From: Basidiobolus meristosporus CBS 931.73
Taxonomy: Eukaryota > Fungi > Basidiobolomycota
Assembly: GCA_002104905.1 (NCBI GenBank)
Contig: MCFE01000155.1
Coordinates: forward strand, 87,762-151,761
Length of the DNA stretch: 64,000 nucleotides
Direction: 5' to 3'
Position 1 is the stretch's first letter. Each line of letters begins with the position of its first letter. The notes under the pieces were generated by a model. It was not told where the DNA came from and made no database searches. It saw only the letters and a program-made list of their open reading frames with translations. Position numbers and translations under genes: made by a program. Positions 50,367-62,620 of the stretch are shown in pieces.

Positions 50367-51482
50367 ATGCCCAAGATCTTATGCCTCGGGTCAGTCAACA
50401 TTGACACTATTTATTTCCTACCAGGCCAGTTGGTTATTGGAGAAACTGTCTCTTCGCACCGTCAGTTCATTGGGGCAGGTGGCAAGGGCGCTAATCAATG
50501 TGCTGCTTTAGCCAAGGTAGATATTTCACCTGGTCATTGAATTTAAAACACGGTATCTAATCAATCTTCGGTACGGAAGGCAGGCGCCGAGGTTTATATG
50601 GGTGGTAAAATTGGTAAAGACGGAGTTTGGATTAAAGAGAAGCTGGAGTCTATGGGTGTCAACACAAAGTATTTATTGGAGGATGAGATGGAGGTACGGT
50701 TATTTGAGCTATTAAGGCTAAAAGGTTCTCGTATTCATATCGATTTGTTGCAGAGCACTGGACGCACAGTAATTATGAATAGTGCCTCCAGCAAAGAAAA
50801 CACTGTTGTATTTTATCCGGGTACCAACTATCGTCTAACTGAGGAAAATATTCAAGAGATATTCAACCCATTCCACAGAGGAGACTGGTTGTTATTGCAA
50901 GACGAAGTGAATATGGGCAGCGAGATAGTCGCCTTAGGAAAGAAGAAAGGTTTTCATACTCATATATATAGTACTTTGATGATATTATACTTACGCCTAT
51001 TACTTGTAGGTATGACCGTAGTATTCAATGCGGCTCCTATCAATCGAAGGATCACGCAGCTTTATCCGCTCAACTTGGTTGATGTTCTCATTCTCAATGA
51101 GATAGAGGCACGCGGCCTTTATTTTGAAGTTGCGAATGAGGAACTTGGATCCTCGTCTTACGGATTACTAATTACAAAATGCTATGATCGATACCCGAAC
51201 CTACGTGGTATAGTCATTACACTAGGTAGTGATGGCGTGATTGCTGACTTCAAAATGCCACCTTATGGGAAATCCCAAACATTTGCCATTCCGGCTGTTA
51301 AAACAGAAGTGAAAGATACTACCGCAGCTGGTGATACGTTCATTGGGTACTTAGTAGCAACGTTAGCCAGAAATGACTTACATGACGTGGAACAGGCTCT
51401 CATACAAGGGGTAAAAGCGGCATCTGTTGCTGTCAGTAGGGAGGGGGCAATGGACAGTATCCCTAATCGAGAGGAGGTGTAA
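50367..51482 (+). CDS. RBK1: Ribokinase (PfkB family), three introns
   Basis: ILCLGSVNID, GAGGKGANQCAAL, GKIGKDG, FNAAP, LILNEIEA, ITLGSDG and DTTAAGDTFIG PfkB signatures. Confidence 0.9.
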
Positions 51483-51829
51483 AGTGCTATAGGAACAGTG
51501 CTACTTTTGTTCGGTCTGTATGCCAAGTGCAATAAATAGGCTTGTTGACAGATTGGTAAACCTCTACTATTCATATGCCGGTATATAAGTTTATCCTAGG
51601 TTCTTGTAGGTCGGTTAGGTAAGAAACTATTGCGGGCGAAAGTCGTTAGAGGTAGTGGTTTTTAGTCTACATAAAATGCATAGTCTGAGGTGAATAGAGC
51701 AGGAAAAGGAGAAACACGCAATGACTATGTAGACCGCTCATATGGCAAGTCTATTGAGTTCTGGCGAATGCTGAATCGACATATGTGAAGTATGATGATA
51801 ATGGTATATCGGAGAAGGCGTGACCAGTC

Positions 51830-52472
51830 TTAATTCGTGGAGTACGCAGCCAGAGAAATGATGAGTAGTTGACAGAGTTTCGGAACCGCTCCCATGATAG
51901 TGGTAGTGGCAGTAGTTGCACCGCTGTTGCTTCTCATGGGCGGATGATTATTTGCTGCAGAGGGATTGACGTTATTAGTTTCCTGAACACCAGAAGAGTT
52001 TCCGGAGAATATATCAGTCGCTTGATTTTTAGGATGAACCAAATCTCGTATTGAGCTGTTAGGGTTAATTATGCTAAACAATCGACTGAATACAGTCGCA
52101 CTGGCCACAAGGGCTCCTACACTGTAGTTATTGCCTTCTTCAACATGAGAGGGAATAAGCCAATCGTATTGTCCAATACTAGATTTGATAGGGGACACAA
52201 TGGTAGTGACAGGTTGTCTTGACGTATCATCACCTTGGTATAGTTGAAGAGATATGAAGTTCGGAGTGGGTTGACCACCGATATCCTCCCTATATAACTG
52301 ACATTAATTGTATTTCCTATCTGGCAACTGACGGATTCAAGGCTCACCAAATGATAGATACGGATACGCCAACCTCGAGTGTTCCACCGCTTGGACTAGT
52401 GATCCTGATATTCCCGTAGACATAAGAAACCAGAGAGAGAAACAATAAGGGGAAAAGACTTTGAACAAGCAT
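51830..52472 (-). CDS. Secreted, probably GPI-anchored Kre9/Knh1-like Ig-fold protein (~194 aa)
   Basis: Exon 1 is 52472-52348 (MLVQSLFPLLFLSLVSYVYG-NIRITSPSGGTLEVGVSVSIIW) with the intron in the Trp codon. Exon 2 is 52289-51830 (ISLQLYQG...GQYDWLIP...GNNYSV...FSRLFSI, Ser/Thr/Asn stalk, hydrophobic tail). Confidence 0.82.
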
Positions 52473-53789
52473 GTTTTCTATATCCTTAACAAAATAAATG
52501 CCTACCCAAGGTGGAATTCAAATAGAGTATCGATAAGCAGTTGGGCTGTCCGAAGGTTTTATACTGATCAAAACTATGGGTTGGTTTACTACTCTATATC
52601 TTACTGCGATTGATCGAAAATCCACAGGTGAAGTTATCCAGTGTTTGCACAGTCGTGGTTTCATGTGGTATTTGAGGGGAATAGTGGGATTAGGCGTGGT
52701 ATTCATGCTATGAGGAAGCTCAGATTCTCCACACTGATGTTGATCAGCGCTCTCCCTGTCCTGATGGACAATTGCAAAGGTAGTCATAACATCACAAATC
52801 CACTGATAGGATATGACCCCACACTTAGCACAAGGTTGGCTGAGTTTTAATTAGTCCACGTTTCGTCAAGTGTTCGGAGATGAGGTTGAAATCCTGTGGC
52901 TGACAAAATAAAATAGCATGTGATTGCAAACAATATATGCTAATGTGATACCTATAGCCCATAGGATTTGCCTAAGGAACTTATATCCAAAAATCCGACT
53001 TTGACAGGGGCTTCAGACAGACGGCTATGAGTCGGGTGCTAAATTAATATCTATATCGCTATTGTCATATTCAAGGAAACTCCAACAAACAGTGATTATG
53101 CTTTCCTTGTGGAGAAGGATCGACGTGGCATACTTCCACCAACTTGCTTCTGTTGCTGTAAAATGAAATCACTAGATGTGAAATGACATGGAAACTTCCG
53201 AAGGGATTAATCTTGACACAGCTGACTCCTAGTCTAGCCAATATGCCATGAGTTGTAGGCCTACACAACGATGGTGGCATGCGTATACATTTTAATATAT
53301 GCAAGAAGTGTGGCATAAATAAATGCAAAAGCGATGATATTTGGGTTACCTATTTCCCGAAAATCTCCTAATCTTCCTAAATCCTAGTTCGTGGAGCTTT
53401 AGCATGACTTCTAATTCCATTGTCTTTGTGGTAAGCTGGTATGCAGCCTCCAGCTCCATGTGCATTTCGTTGACACATTCACCCATCCACCATACTCTCT
53501 AAAATAGGAATACAAGAGTGAAGTAACCAGAAAATTGGCACTATCTGGTTGCAATTGAAATGAAATTTTCTCCGTTATGCATTTGAAGCATACACATACT
53601 TCATGTCACAACTCTCGGGCTACAAGAATCATGGGGTCTATAGATACATTGTACAGGTCCTTGCTTTTTGGGAGTGTGGAAGGCATTCTACCGGATGCCT
53701 ATTCCATAGTATATAAATCATGCCTCAAGGCTCACCAGGAAATAATAGATAAACGAATCTCTTGGTCATTGGCAATCCTTTAATATGAA

Positions 53790-54980
53790 ATGAGCGCGTC
53801 TGAAGAGGTGCTCTTTCAAAATAATATCTACGATTTTGTATTTTATCTGCTTCATGGTAGCTCAGTCATCAGTGCTGCGCTGGTTTCGTTGACTTTTCTA
53901 GGCTTATCTTGGTTTAAAGGCGAGCTCACTGAAAGCATCTCTTTCAGGCTATCCATCTGGATAGCAGTGGTAGACATATTCTATAGTTTGTTTAACATCC
54001 TGAATCACGCCTTCACAAATCCAGGATTTCTCTGTACAAGTAGCGCATGGGGGATCTCCTTTACAAGTTTGGCTTTTGTGTTTTTATCGGTAAGTTTGGC
54101 CTTCAATTTGCAAGCTACCGTTGTGCACAACAGACTGGAAAGGCCCGAATGGGAGAGAATATACATTCTCGCATCCATAGTATTGGCCCTGCTTCTAAGC
54201 TTGATTCCGTTGCCGTTCGGTGTTTTTGGATATGACAAAAAGAATAACATCTGCTGGTTCATATCGACACACAAACACCGGGCCGTCTGGGAGACCTTGA
54301 CGTTCCTTAGTTGGTCTATCTTAGGAGTTATATATAGCATGGTTGTGGTTGCAATGATTACTGAGCGATTTGTGCGGCAAGTACGGTGTATTTCCGCCTT
54401 GGAGAACTTATCAGACTCGCATAGTATCAATGTTGATCGTTCCAAGATCATTAATTTGACTGCTCTGTTTATCACTTTTTACGCCCTCGTTCCGGCAATT
54501 ACACAAACATTTAATCTGTTGGCAGAGTTCATGATTCTTGATGGAATGAAGGTCAGCTTTCCTTTACTAATGGCTGCAGTGATAAGTAGTTCAATCCAAG
54601 GAATTGTAAATTCAGTCGTCTTTGCATTGGATCCGACCTTACGTCTAGCAATATCAGAGATTCGGGAGGATCTACTTCGAATCTATTTCAATGGAAAACT
54701 TGATATCCCTCCAGAAGCCGAGCTTTTCCAGAGTATAAAGAAAAGGATACTAAATTTTGCAGTGGAAAGATTCATACTCAAGAGTCGAAGCTACCATAAA
54801 GAGATAGAAATTGCAGTTTGGTCGGGTCTTGATGGAATCAAAGCACCGGATAGAGCGAAGATACCTCAAAAAGTACTGAGTCAAAAACAGGAGGACTTTG
54901 ACTCCATCGAAATCCATACATTAGAAATACCTGCAGCGGGAGTTCTTCCTACAACCCCTTTACCCCTACGGAAGAAGTAA
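53790..54980 (+). CDS. Seven-transmembrane GPCR-like protein (cAMP-receptor-like/Git3-like class)
   Basis: Intronless 396-aa ORF with about seven hydrophobic segments, SFRLSIWIAVVD in TM2, Cys at the start of TM3 (FLCT), GYDKKNNICWF in ECL2 and SSIQGIVNSVVF in TM7. Confidence 0.82.
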   Translation: MSASEEVLFQNNIYDFVFYLLHGSSVISAALVSLTFLGLSWFKGELTESISFRLSIWIAVVDIFYSLFNILNHAFTNPGFLCTSSAWGISFTSLAFVFLSVSLAFNLQATVVHNRLERPEWERIYILASIVLALLLSLIPLPFGVFGYDKKNNICWFISTHKHRAVWETLTFLSWSILGVIYSMVVVAMITERFVRQVRCISALENLSDSHSINVDRSKIINLTALFITFYALVPAITQTFNLLAEFMILDGMKVSFPLLMAAVISSSIQGIVNSVVFALDPTLRLAISEIREDLLRIYFNGKLDIPPEAELFQSIKKRILNFAVERFILKSRSYHKEIEIAVWSGLDGIKAPDRAKIPQKVLSQKQEDFDSIEIHTLEIPAAGVLPTTPLPLRKK

Positions 54981-55528
54981 ACTTTGCTACTGTTTGGCCT
55001 GCCTTTATCTTTTGTATTCATTGCGTATTGGAGCTATTCTTTAACATGAGCTGTGAACACACCATTGGTAAGGGCGTCGCCATAATGGTCATGCCACAAC
55101 TGCCGAATAAGCTGGTAAATGTTGTTTGTGGGAAGCAGATTTGCATGTGAATGATATAATGGTTGGACTAGAATATTCTGCTCTACTCGGGCGCCCAAAT
55201 ACTCATTGTTGTGCACATTATGGATTCGATTAACAGTCCCGGATATCTTGATAACCAAACTGAAGAATCGATTTGAATATAATACGATCCTAGGAATGAC
55301 CAACGCTTATTTCTTGGAACATTCATCAGGTGTCAGTTTGGATGGGAAAGCACGTGATAGAGAAATTGGCCTTGATTTTCATATGATTCAGGCAAAACTC
55401 TGATCAATCAGTTAGTCATGCCTTCAGTCTTAAGAAGCAGGTGATTCAGACGATCCAAACTTTGGTGCAATCACTCTTTGCTTCTTCCTGCAGATATTCT
55501 TATTCCAAAGAAACCATCCTACTATCCC

Positions 55529-57266
55529 ATGCTGTTTGAAGTGACGTAGCGTAATTTGTACTTCTCCCAGCAGCAGTGGAAAACTAACCCATTCGCCGAA
55601 TTACCTCAGGTCATCTCTGTGTTTTTAACGCCAGTAATTCGTATAGTTGACCCGTGGGTTAATCAACTATCAAACTTCTTCAGCTCTCCGAAGACGCAAA
55701 GGTTTCTGGTGAAAGCGATTGTTTCGAGCGTTGTTTTTTTAGGCCTTCTTGCTACAGCAGTGTTTGCATATGGCTCCTTTTATATGATACACATCCCCAA
55801 GGTTGCTCATGACGCACCCGTCTTCCTTCAATACAGGTACAAGTCGGTGATTCAATTTCTATTCCTTGACTAGTATTTGCGAGCTCTTTTCCTTTCTAGC
55901 CAAGAATCCAGCCAACTAACAGCGGAAGTTCTGTTTACCGACTATAAGCCAACACAAGTATGAACCCGCCGTTTGTGTATGTGAGATCAATCATTAGACT
56001 TATAAGTACTTGTTTGTTCAGTTCCTCAGATATGGGCAAGGATATGATGTTGTTTTTGACTTACACGTTCCTACTTCAGAGCAGAATACGGCCTTAGGTA
56101 AGGTTTGCTAAATTGCTCTGATATGGAATATCAGAATCACTGTTTCAAAATCTAAGTATTCGATTCTCGTGTAGGGAACTTCATGGTTCAAGTGGAGCTA
56201 CAAAATGCACAGGGTGAAACCTTACATAAATCCGCGCGGTCTGCGATACTGAAGTATCAATCGCCACTCTTGAGATTTATGTGCACTATCTGGAAGGCAG
56301 TTCCATTGTTGCTAAACTTAGTCGATGAATCTCAAACGATATCGGTCAAGATGATAGAACGTGTGGTAGAGAACTACGTAAGTTTGAGTGAACTTCATGC
56401 TCAATAAATCTGGGCGAGACTTGCGAAACTTAATATTCATCTGTTTAGGACAACCCTATAACTCACGCCAGTGTGACTATTTCTTCCCCGAAACTACAAA
56501 TATATTCTGCTATGCTTCGCCTAGATGCTCGATTTGAAGGCTTACGGTAGGCTACTCCTATAATTATGACTATGGAAGCTAGATTCTTGCTAATTCCGCC
56601 AATAGCTATTTCATGTACTATTGGAGCACTACCACAGCTGTCGTTTTTGTTATACTGTTTTTCCTATGGGAGGTTGTATTCAGCTTTATTGCATGGAAGG
56701 TTTTGGTTTCATGGTGGAACCAGCGTACCCGGTTCCTTGAGGAGCCCCAGGTAGTTCCTACCAAAATGGAGGATGATCCATGGGAGTTGGTTAACCCCAA
56801 GATCACCAAACCGGATGATGAAGTGGAAGGCGACGAAAGCGATGCTGAGATAAAGACAGCTTTGTCCGAGGTGGAAACAATGGTAGAATCATTGGTGGAA
56901 AGCAAAAACCATAAGCACGTAAGTAGATTTATTGGTTGCTGAATCAATCAGCTGAGCCACCCTTTGTTTATGTCACAAGTACACTTGTACTTACAAGCAC
57001 CTTAGCTCCATGCAAGCTCCTTCAGAGATGTCGATTCAGCCATTGAGACCAGTACTTACAACAACTCGGACATTTTGAATGAGGTCAAGCACGAAAACGA
57101 AGAGACAGCTTTAGCTGATGAAGCTGAAATTGAATCGTTATTGAATCGGAGGCATGCACCATCAATTAAGCGTCGTAAAGATGTTAAAATCGACGACATT
57201 AATGAAGAGTTAGACGATTCAGGCGCCACCACCTCGTATGATTATAGATCTAGTGGGCACTCTTAA
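55529..57266 (+). CDS. SEI1: Seipin (lipid-droplet biogenesis), multi-exon; 5' start uncertain
   Basis: TM1 followed by FYMIHIPKVAHDAPVFLQY, GQGYDVVFDLHVPTSEQN, GNFMVQVEL, ILKYQSPL, LQIYSAMLRLDARFEGLR, then YYW, TM2 and an acidic tail. Confidence 0.88.
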
Positions 57267-57680
57267 AGGCTTAGGTATCGTGTAAGAAAGTCACAATAAA
57301 ATACACCTACCTCAGTGAGCAAGTAAAATTATATGCCTAAATATCATCAGATCTAGCGCCACCAAGTGTGTAGTCACAACATTAGGAATCCCATAGATTC
57401 TGCGATTTTTTGTATATATATACTATAAGATCTTACAGTTGGCTGATTGGATGATATATAGTTACATGCCATTTCACCATCAATTATCACTAGATGATTC
57501 CTTGCCTTCATGCTTATCTTGGTTATTATAATGAAGAATATCGCTTTTTATGCAGGAAATCTTTTTTTGTTTCCTAGTCACATTATTCGGGGGGGGGGGG
57601 ACCAGAGGGAATTTTTTGTATTGTTATTTTGAAGGGGAAACCTATATAGTATTAAAATAAAGGTTCGCTTTAAATGAGAA

Positions 57681-59894
57681 ATGACGGTCATCCATAAAAA
57701 ACGTACTGTCGACGATGTTAGCAAAGGTATTACGTTCAGTTTTTCTGAGATACATAGGGCTTTAGTTTTTACCAGATCATCTAAACCCGCGCTTCGTTTT
57801 GACACGCTTTTAACTAATACTTTGTGATCAATTTTGTCAATATCATCGGTCATTTACAGCTGCTGACGTTGGTGTAAAATATCATTGCGACTTTTGTCAA
57901 GTCAACATAACCTCCACAGTACGTATAAAATGCGCCATTTGCACCGATTTTGATCTCTGTGTGAAATGTTTCACGCATGGCGTAGAAATTGGAAAACACA
58001 AGAATGATCACGATTATCAGGTTGTGGTGAGTATTCTCTATTTTAAATTGACTGGTATGGGTTTCTACCCCTTCATTTCAATAACTTATACATATTTAAG
58101 GATAAACATACTTTCCCTATATTTGATCCCGGATGGGGTGCTGATGAAGAGCTTCTCTTGATTGAAGCACTGGAAATATACGGAATGGGCAATTGGGCAG
58201 ATGCAGCCGATCATGTTGGGACCAAAAACAAAGAGGAGTGCGAACAACATTACATTGATACTTACGTTAATTCCGATACATGGCCTTTACCGGTATGCCG
58301 AGTTTCTTCGATTGTATATTGATAACCACACGAGAGTTATTAATGTAGTCACCCTTGTTGCATACATTTATTTATTCGTCTAACTTTGTATCCGAAGAAC
58401 ATGAATCTCGACTTTAGCCCTGAGACCGACGCTGTCAGCGACCGCAAGAAGATCAAAGTCACCAAACAAGGTGTGTTATTTATCGTCAATTCGTAGCCCA
58501 ATACGCGCTTACTGAATAACTGCAATTTTACCAGCTCTCAATCGATACGGAAAGGTGATGAAGCCTACATTTAGTTCCGATTGATGTATGGCGAAACCCG
58601 TACTAACCCGCATCAACTCCAGCCTCTGCAAAGCATGCCATCCAATCACGAAATCGCGGGCTACATGCCCGGTAGATTTGAGTTCGAAACTGAATATGAC
58701 AATGAAGCGGAACAATATGTCAAAGACCTTGTGTTCGGAGATGAGGATACGCCTGAGGAAACTGGTATGCTTTCAGATATACGCTATAATTGTATTTTTG
58801 GCCCCAGCGATAATACTCTCCCCTTGGTGTTTACAGAGCTCAAGCTCACCGTATTTGAAATATACAATTCGAAACTCGACAAACGCATGGAGCGCAAGAA
58901 ATTCATATTTCAAAGAGGCCTGTTGGATTATCGAAAGGTATGCTTTCTTGGCTAGGAAAACCCAATGGATTGTGGATTCCAATATCCCCATTATTGTTCT
59001 CAGAACCTTGCAAACGAAAGAAAGAGAACCAAGGAAGAACGTGATTTGATAAACAAGACGAAAGTATTTGCACGACTTCAGACAGCGGAGGATTACGAAA
59101 AATTCCTTGATGGTTTGATAAGTATGTCGGGGCACTAGTTTCTACGAATGAGCCGCCATGTTAATATCTCGTACTCAGATGAAATGTCGTTGCGCAAAAG
59201 AATAGCTGAGCTACAGGAGTATCGCAGAAATGGGATTACCACCCTAGCTGAAGCGGAGGTGTATGAAAGAGACAAAGCGCAGAGAGTGTGTTCAAGTATT
59301 TTCAATCATAGCTCTTATGCAAGTTAAACTAATTTGAAATCCATCATTAGCAATCCAATCTTAAGCTACTAACGGGCCGGGAGAGCTTGGCAGCGAGTGA
59401 ACGTCTATCCCGTTACGCCGCCAGACATATTCCTCAAGAGGTATTTTTAAATGTGAAAGATTACAAGTAGCAGTAATCTAAAATAGCATGCATAGGCATC
59501 TCCTGCCCCTAAAGCCGCTAATCAGAAGATGATCGGACGTAAACCTGGTAAGAACAAGATTATCTATCATATTCACGGCCAAGTAACTGATTTTATTTGA
59601 TTAGCGAACCCTTTGGACATTCAAGAAGCCGACGGTGTTCACCTTCTCACACCTGCTGAGCAGACAATTTGCTCAGCTCTCCGTATTTTGCCCAAGGCTT
59701 ATATGGTCATCAAAGAGACCATTCTCAAAGAATATGCTCGCCTGGGATCACTTAAACGTCGTCAGGCTAGGGAACTTATTAAGATTGATGTCAACAAAAC
59801 TAGCAAGATATACGATTTCTTCATTGAAATGGGTTGGATCAAGCCACCAGTAAGAGGGGCGGCTAGCACCTCTACAAATGGAACTCCTGCTTAG
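57681..59894 (+). CDS. ADA2: SAGA/ADA transcriptional adapter 2, multi-exon
   Basis: ZZ finger ([10 protein letters not shown]...[17 protein letters not shown]), SANT domain ([29 protein letters not shown]), [22 protein letters not shown] and a C-terminal SWIRM domain ([13 protein letters not shown]). Confidence 0.96.
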
Positions 59895-60677
59895 TGACTA
59901 ACAAAATCAACTTAATTGCGTTGCAGTGAGAAATCGGAGCTCGCTAGCCTTGGATAATAATCATCAATTTTGTTCTACCTTATCAGGATCGCTTAAATAT
60001 GTATCATATAACATAGGTCAAGTCTAAATTATCATGTATGTTACGTTGGACCTATTAGAACTAAGTACCCTCTACCAATGCTACTTATTGCACCAGTCAC
60101 TTACGTCAAGCAATTATATATCTTTATACAATGCAAAAAACATGAACGTAATATTCACAATTTGGCTGTTTCTCTAATTCTTAATCATCCAATGCCATAT
60201 ACTGAGTATGTGTAGCCTGATTTTGATTCGGAAGATGGTAGCACGATCTAGACGTTTTTTGGTTCATACGTTTCTTACTATACGTCATGGAGAAGCATAA
60301 TGCTTAGCGTTTAATCTGCGGCGTTTCTATACTAAAATCGCCCTTGAAGTCTCCTACGAGCGATTTCAAATACATCTAATTTTAGTGAAAGATCGGCAAG
60401 ACAGGTATCAAGCCCATCGCAGGTTTGGTTGTATTTGTTAATTGGTAGTACAAATACCGAGACCAAAAGTGGAGAAATTTGCTAATACACTTGTCATGAG
60501 CAACATGGGGGGATTCTATCCGCTCTGATAAAGTGGCCAAATTCAGGTCAACCACGCAATTTGCGCCTACTCCCATGATTTTTCATTTACATGTCATGCC
60601 TAACAGGTTTTTGAGGATAATCACAGAGAGCAAGCACATAAAGATTCTGGCATCATCTGCTTGAATGCTATGGTATC

Positions 60678-60685
60678 TATAAATA
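60678..60685 (+). promoter_or_regulatory. Candidate TATA box of the SABATH gene
   Basis: TATAAATA about 180 nt upstream of the ORF start. Confidence 0.35.
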
Positions 60686-60859
60686 CTGCAGCAATCAAAA
60701 TCTACATCTATTGTTATAGCCATGAAGGACACTCAATCTACGCTTGTCATCCAACCCCAGCCTCCAGGTAGACTGCTGTATTATACTCAAAATTGACGTG
60801 AATGACTGAAGCACTAACTGAAATCTGTAGCAAAGGCAAACAACACAATAATCCAGCCA

Positions 60860-61915
60860 ATGATGAACTATAACAAAAATTCCTCCCTTCAAGCCCGAAT
60901 TAATCAGTTTGGCATTGAGATGCTAAGAAAAACGAGTAACGTCCTCTTGCAAACACCTTTTGAAATATACATCGCTAAACTTACTACAATAGTGGAGGGC
61001 ATTATCCCGTCAATAGGTTCCTCCTTATCTATAGGTGATTTTGGCTGCAGCCATGGCCGTAACTCGATGACGGTGATCAATACTATTTTACATACTCTTC
61101 AAATCGTGAGAAAGAGCCAAGATCCATTATCTATTCAGGTGTATCATAATGACCTTCCCACCAACGATTTTGGTGAAGTATTCAAGTGTTTAGACGACCC
61201 TGACTTGACATATCAACGTGACGAGTTCCTTAAAGCAAGTGAAGGAAATTCCATTTTTAGTATGGTGACAGGAAAATCCTTCTACAGCCAGTGCTTTCCA
61301 AATGATCTGTTGGATCTCTCCTTCTGCTTCAATAGCGTCCATTGGATGCCTGTAGTCAGTACCACTCTCTATCGTCCGTTGATGGTTTACTCCAAGGAGA
61401 TTAGCGCTGAGCAGCTGCGATCAATTCAAAGTGAAGCCCAAAGTCAACTAGTTGATTTCCTAACTTGCCGCGCCAAAGAACTTCGCAACGGCGGGCGGAT
61501 GATATTATCCCTACTTAGTGAGATTGAAAATCTTCCGGACATTGACGATTTATGGCAACAACATATAGATGAATACAAGATTGATCCTATGTTGTTGGGT
61601 CATACTCGCATTCCTATCTTCCTCCGAGCAAGAGATAATGTCGAGCAAGCGCTTCAACAAATCCCTTCATTACGGTTACTTCAGTGCGCTAGTCGATCAT
61701 ATGAAAGCACCACGAACAACGATATTAATCACCTGAAAACAACTTACTGGCCTCAAATTCAGGCTGGCTTAATTGAGGATGCTATCTTTGATAACGAATC
61801 TATGCTAACCGAATTCCTGGAATGTTTCTTCATCAAGATTAGTAAGTATTGTGCTGCAAAACAAAGAAACATGATCACAGTTCTCTACGTAGCCTTGGAA
61901 AAAGTTGTCGAGTAA
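60860..61915 (+). CDS. SAM-dependent carboxyl methyltransferase, SABATH (Methyltransf_7) family
   Basis: Intronless 351 aa with SABATH motifs in order: IGDFGCSHGRNS, YHNDLPTNDF, GKSFYSQCFP, NSVHW and FLTCRAKELRNGGRMIL. Confidence 0.88.
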   Translation: MMNYNKNSSLQARINQFGIEMLRKTSNVLLQTPFEIYIAKLTTIVEGIIPSIGSSLSIGDFGCSHGRNSMTVINTILHTLQIVRKSQDPLSIQVYHNDLPTNDFGEVFKCLDDPDLTYQRDEFLKASEGNSIFSMVTGKSFYSQCFPNDLLDLSFCFNSVHWMPVVSTTLYRPLMVYSKEISAEQLRSIQSEAQSQLVDFLTCRAKELRNGGRMILSLLSEIENLPDIDDLWQQHIDEYKIDPMLLGHTRIPIFLRARDNVEQALQQIPSLRLLQCASRSYESTTNNDINHLKTTYWPQIQAGLIEDAIFDNESMLTEFLECFFIKISKYCAAKQRNMITVLYVALEKVVE

Positions 61916-62273
61916 ACAGTGACCTATCTTTTGCCCGTTGTCAGTAGGTTGGAAGTAGCAAAGCTAAAAGAAGCTCAATAATCACCACTACACGCTATCC
62001 TTAAAATAAAACCAAGGTTTTACAGTGATTGAAGGATTTACCGTTTGCATCTGAGGGTCCGCTCATTTCAATGGATGAGAGGTAAACGCCAAAAACACAT
62101 ATTATTGCTACTCTAGCGCCTTTATCAATCCAATAACCCTTGCAGAGCTGCTTAAACTGAGCTTTGCTTTCAGTAACTAGCACTTCAACAATGAAGGAAA
62201 TTTAGCAAAAAAGTTTGGTTTGTACTTGAAAGTACATAAGGTACAGGTATCAAGAAGTTGGATGTTATCAATG

Positions 62274-62620
62274 TTAGGGTTAGGGGAATTATACTCACCA
62301 ACCAGTGAAATTGTTTTTCTTGGGGGGGGGAGGGAGAGAGTCACCAACAAGTGAAATCTTTATTTCAGTTGAAGCAAAGAAGCCAGCACTTAGAGGTGTG
62401 AAAGGCCTAGGGGGAGGGGAGGGAAAGTCACCACTGTGGTGAAATCTTTGTTTTGCCAAGTAGGTGCCCAAAGTCACTGAAGTTAAAAAATAAAGAAGCC
62501 TGCCAAGGAGGTAATGTACCATACTGCAAACTTGTCAAGCTTAGTGCAGTTAGGGGCGAGACAGTCACCAACAGGTGAAATCTTTATTTCAGTTGAAACA
62601 AAGAAGCCAGTGCTACTGTT
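62274..62620 (+). repeat. Subtelomeric array: four variably complete copies of a motif with core TCACCAACAGGTGAAAT, preceded by telomere-like or G-rich tracts
   Basis: Cores start at 62295, 62341, 62428 and 62565. TTAGGGTTAGGGG is at 62274 and TTAGGGG at 62550. The copies at 62341 and 62565 continue ...CTTTATTTCAGTTGAA(G/A)CAAAGAAGCCAG. Confidence 0.85.

Noticed and set aside
1306-52472. A cell-wall gene cluster (expansin-like genes, Kre9-like genes, Mkk1-like kinase)
   Set aside because: The genes are spread over 50 kb among unrelated housekeeping genes and no shared regulatory motif was seen, so co-location is probably incidental.
57589-57600. G12 homopolymer about 80 nt upstream of ADA2
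   Set aside because: A single run whose length is prone to sequencing error, with no further support for a function.
62274-62620. Motif array as a CRISPR-like repeat-spacer structure
   Set aside because: Eukaryotic subtelomere, irregular spacing, degenerate copies and no cas genes.
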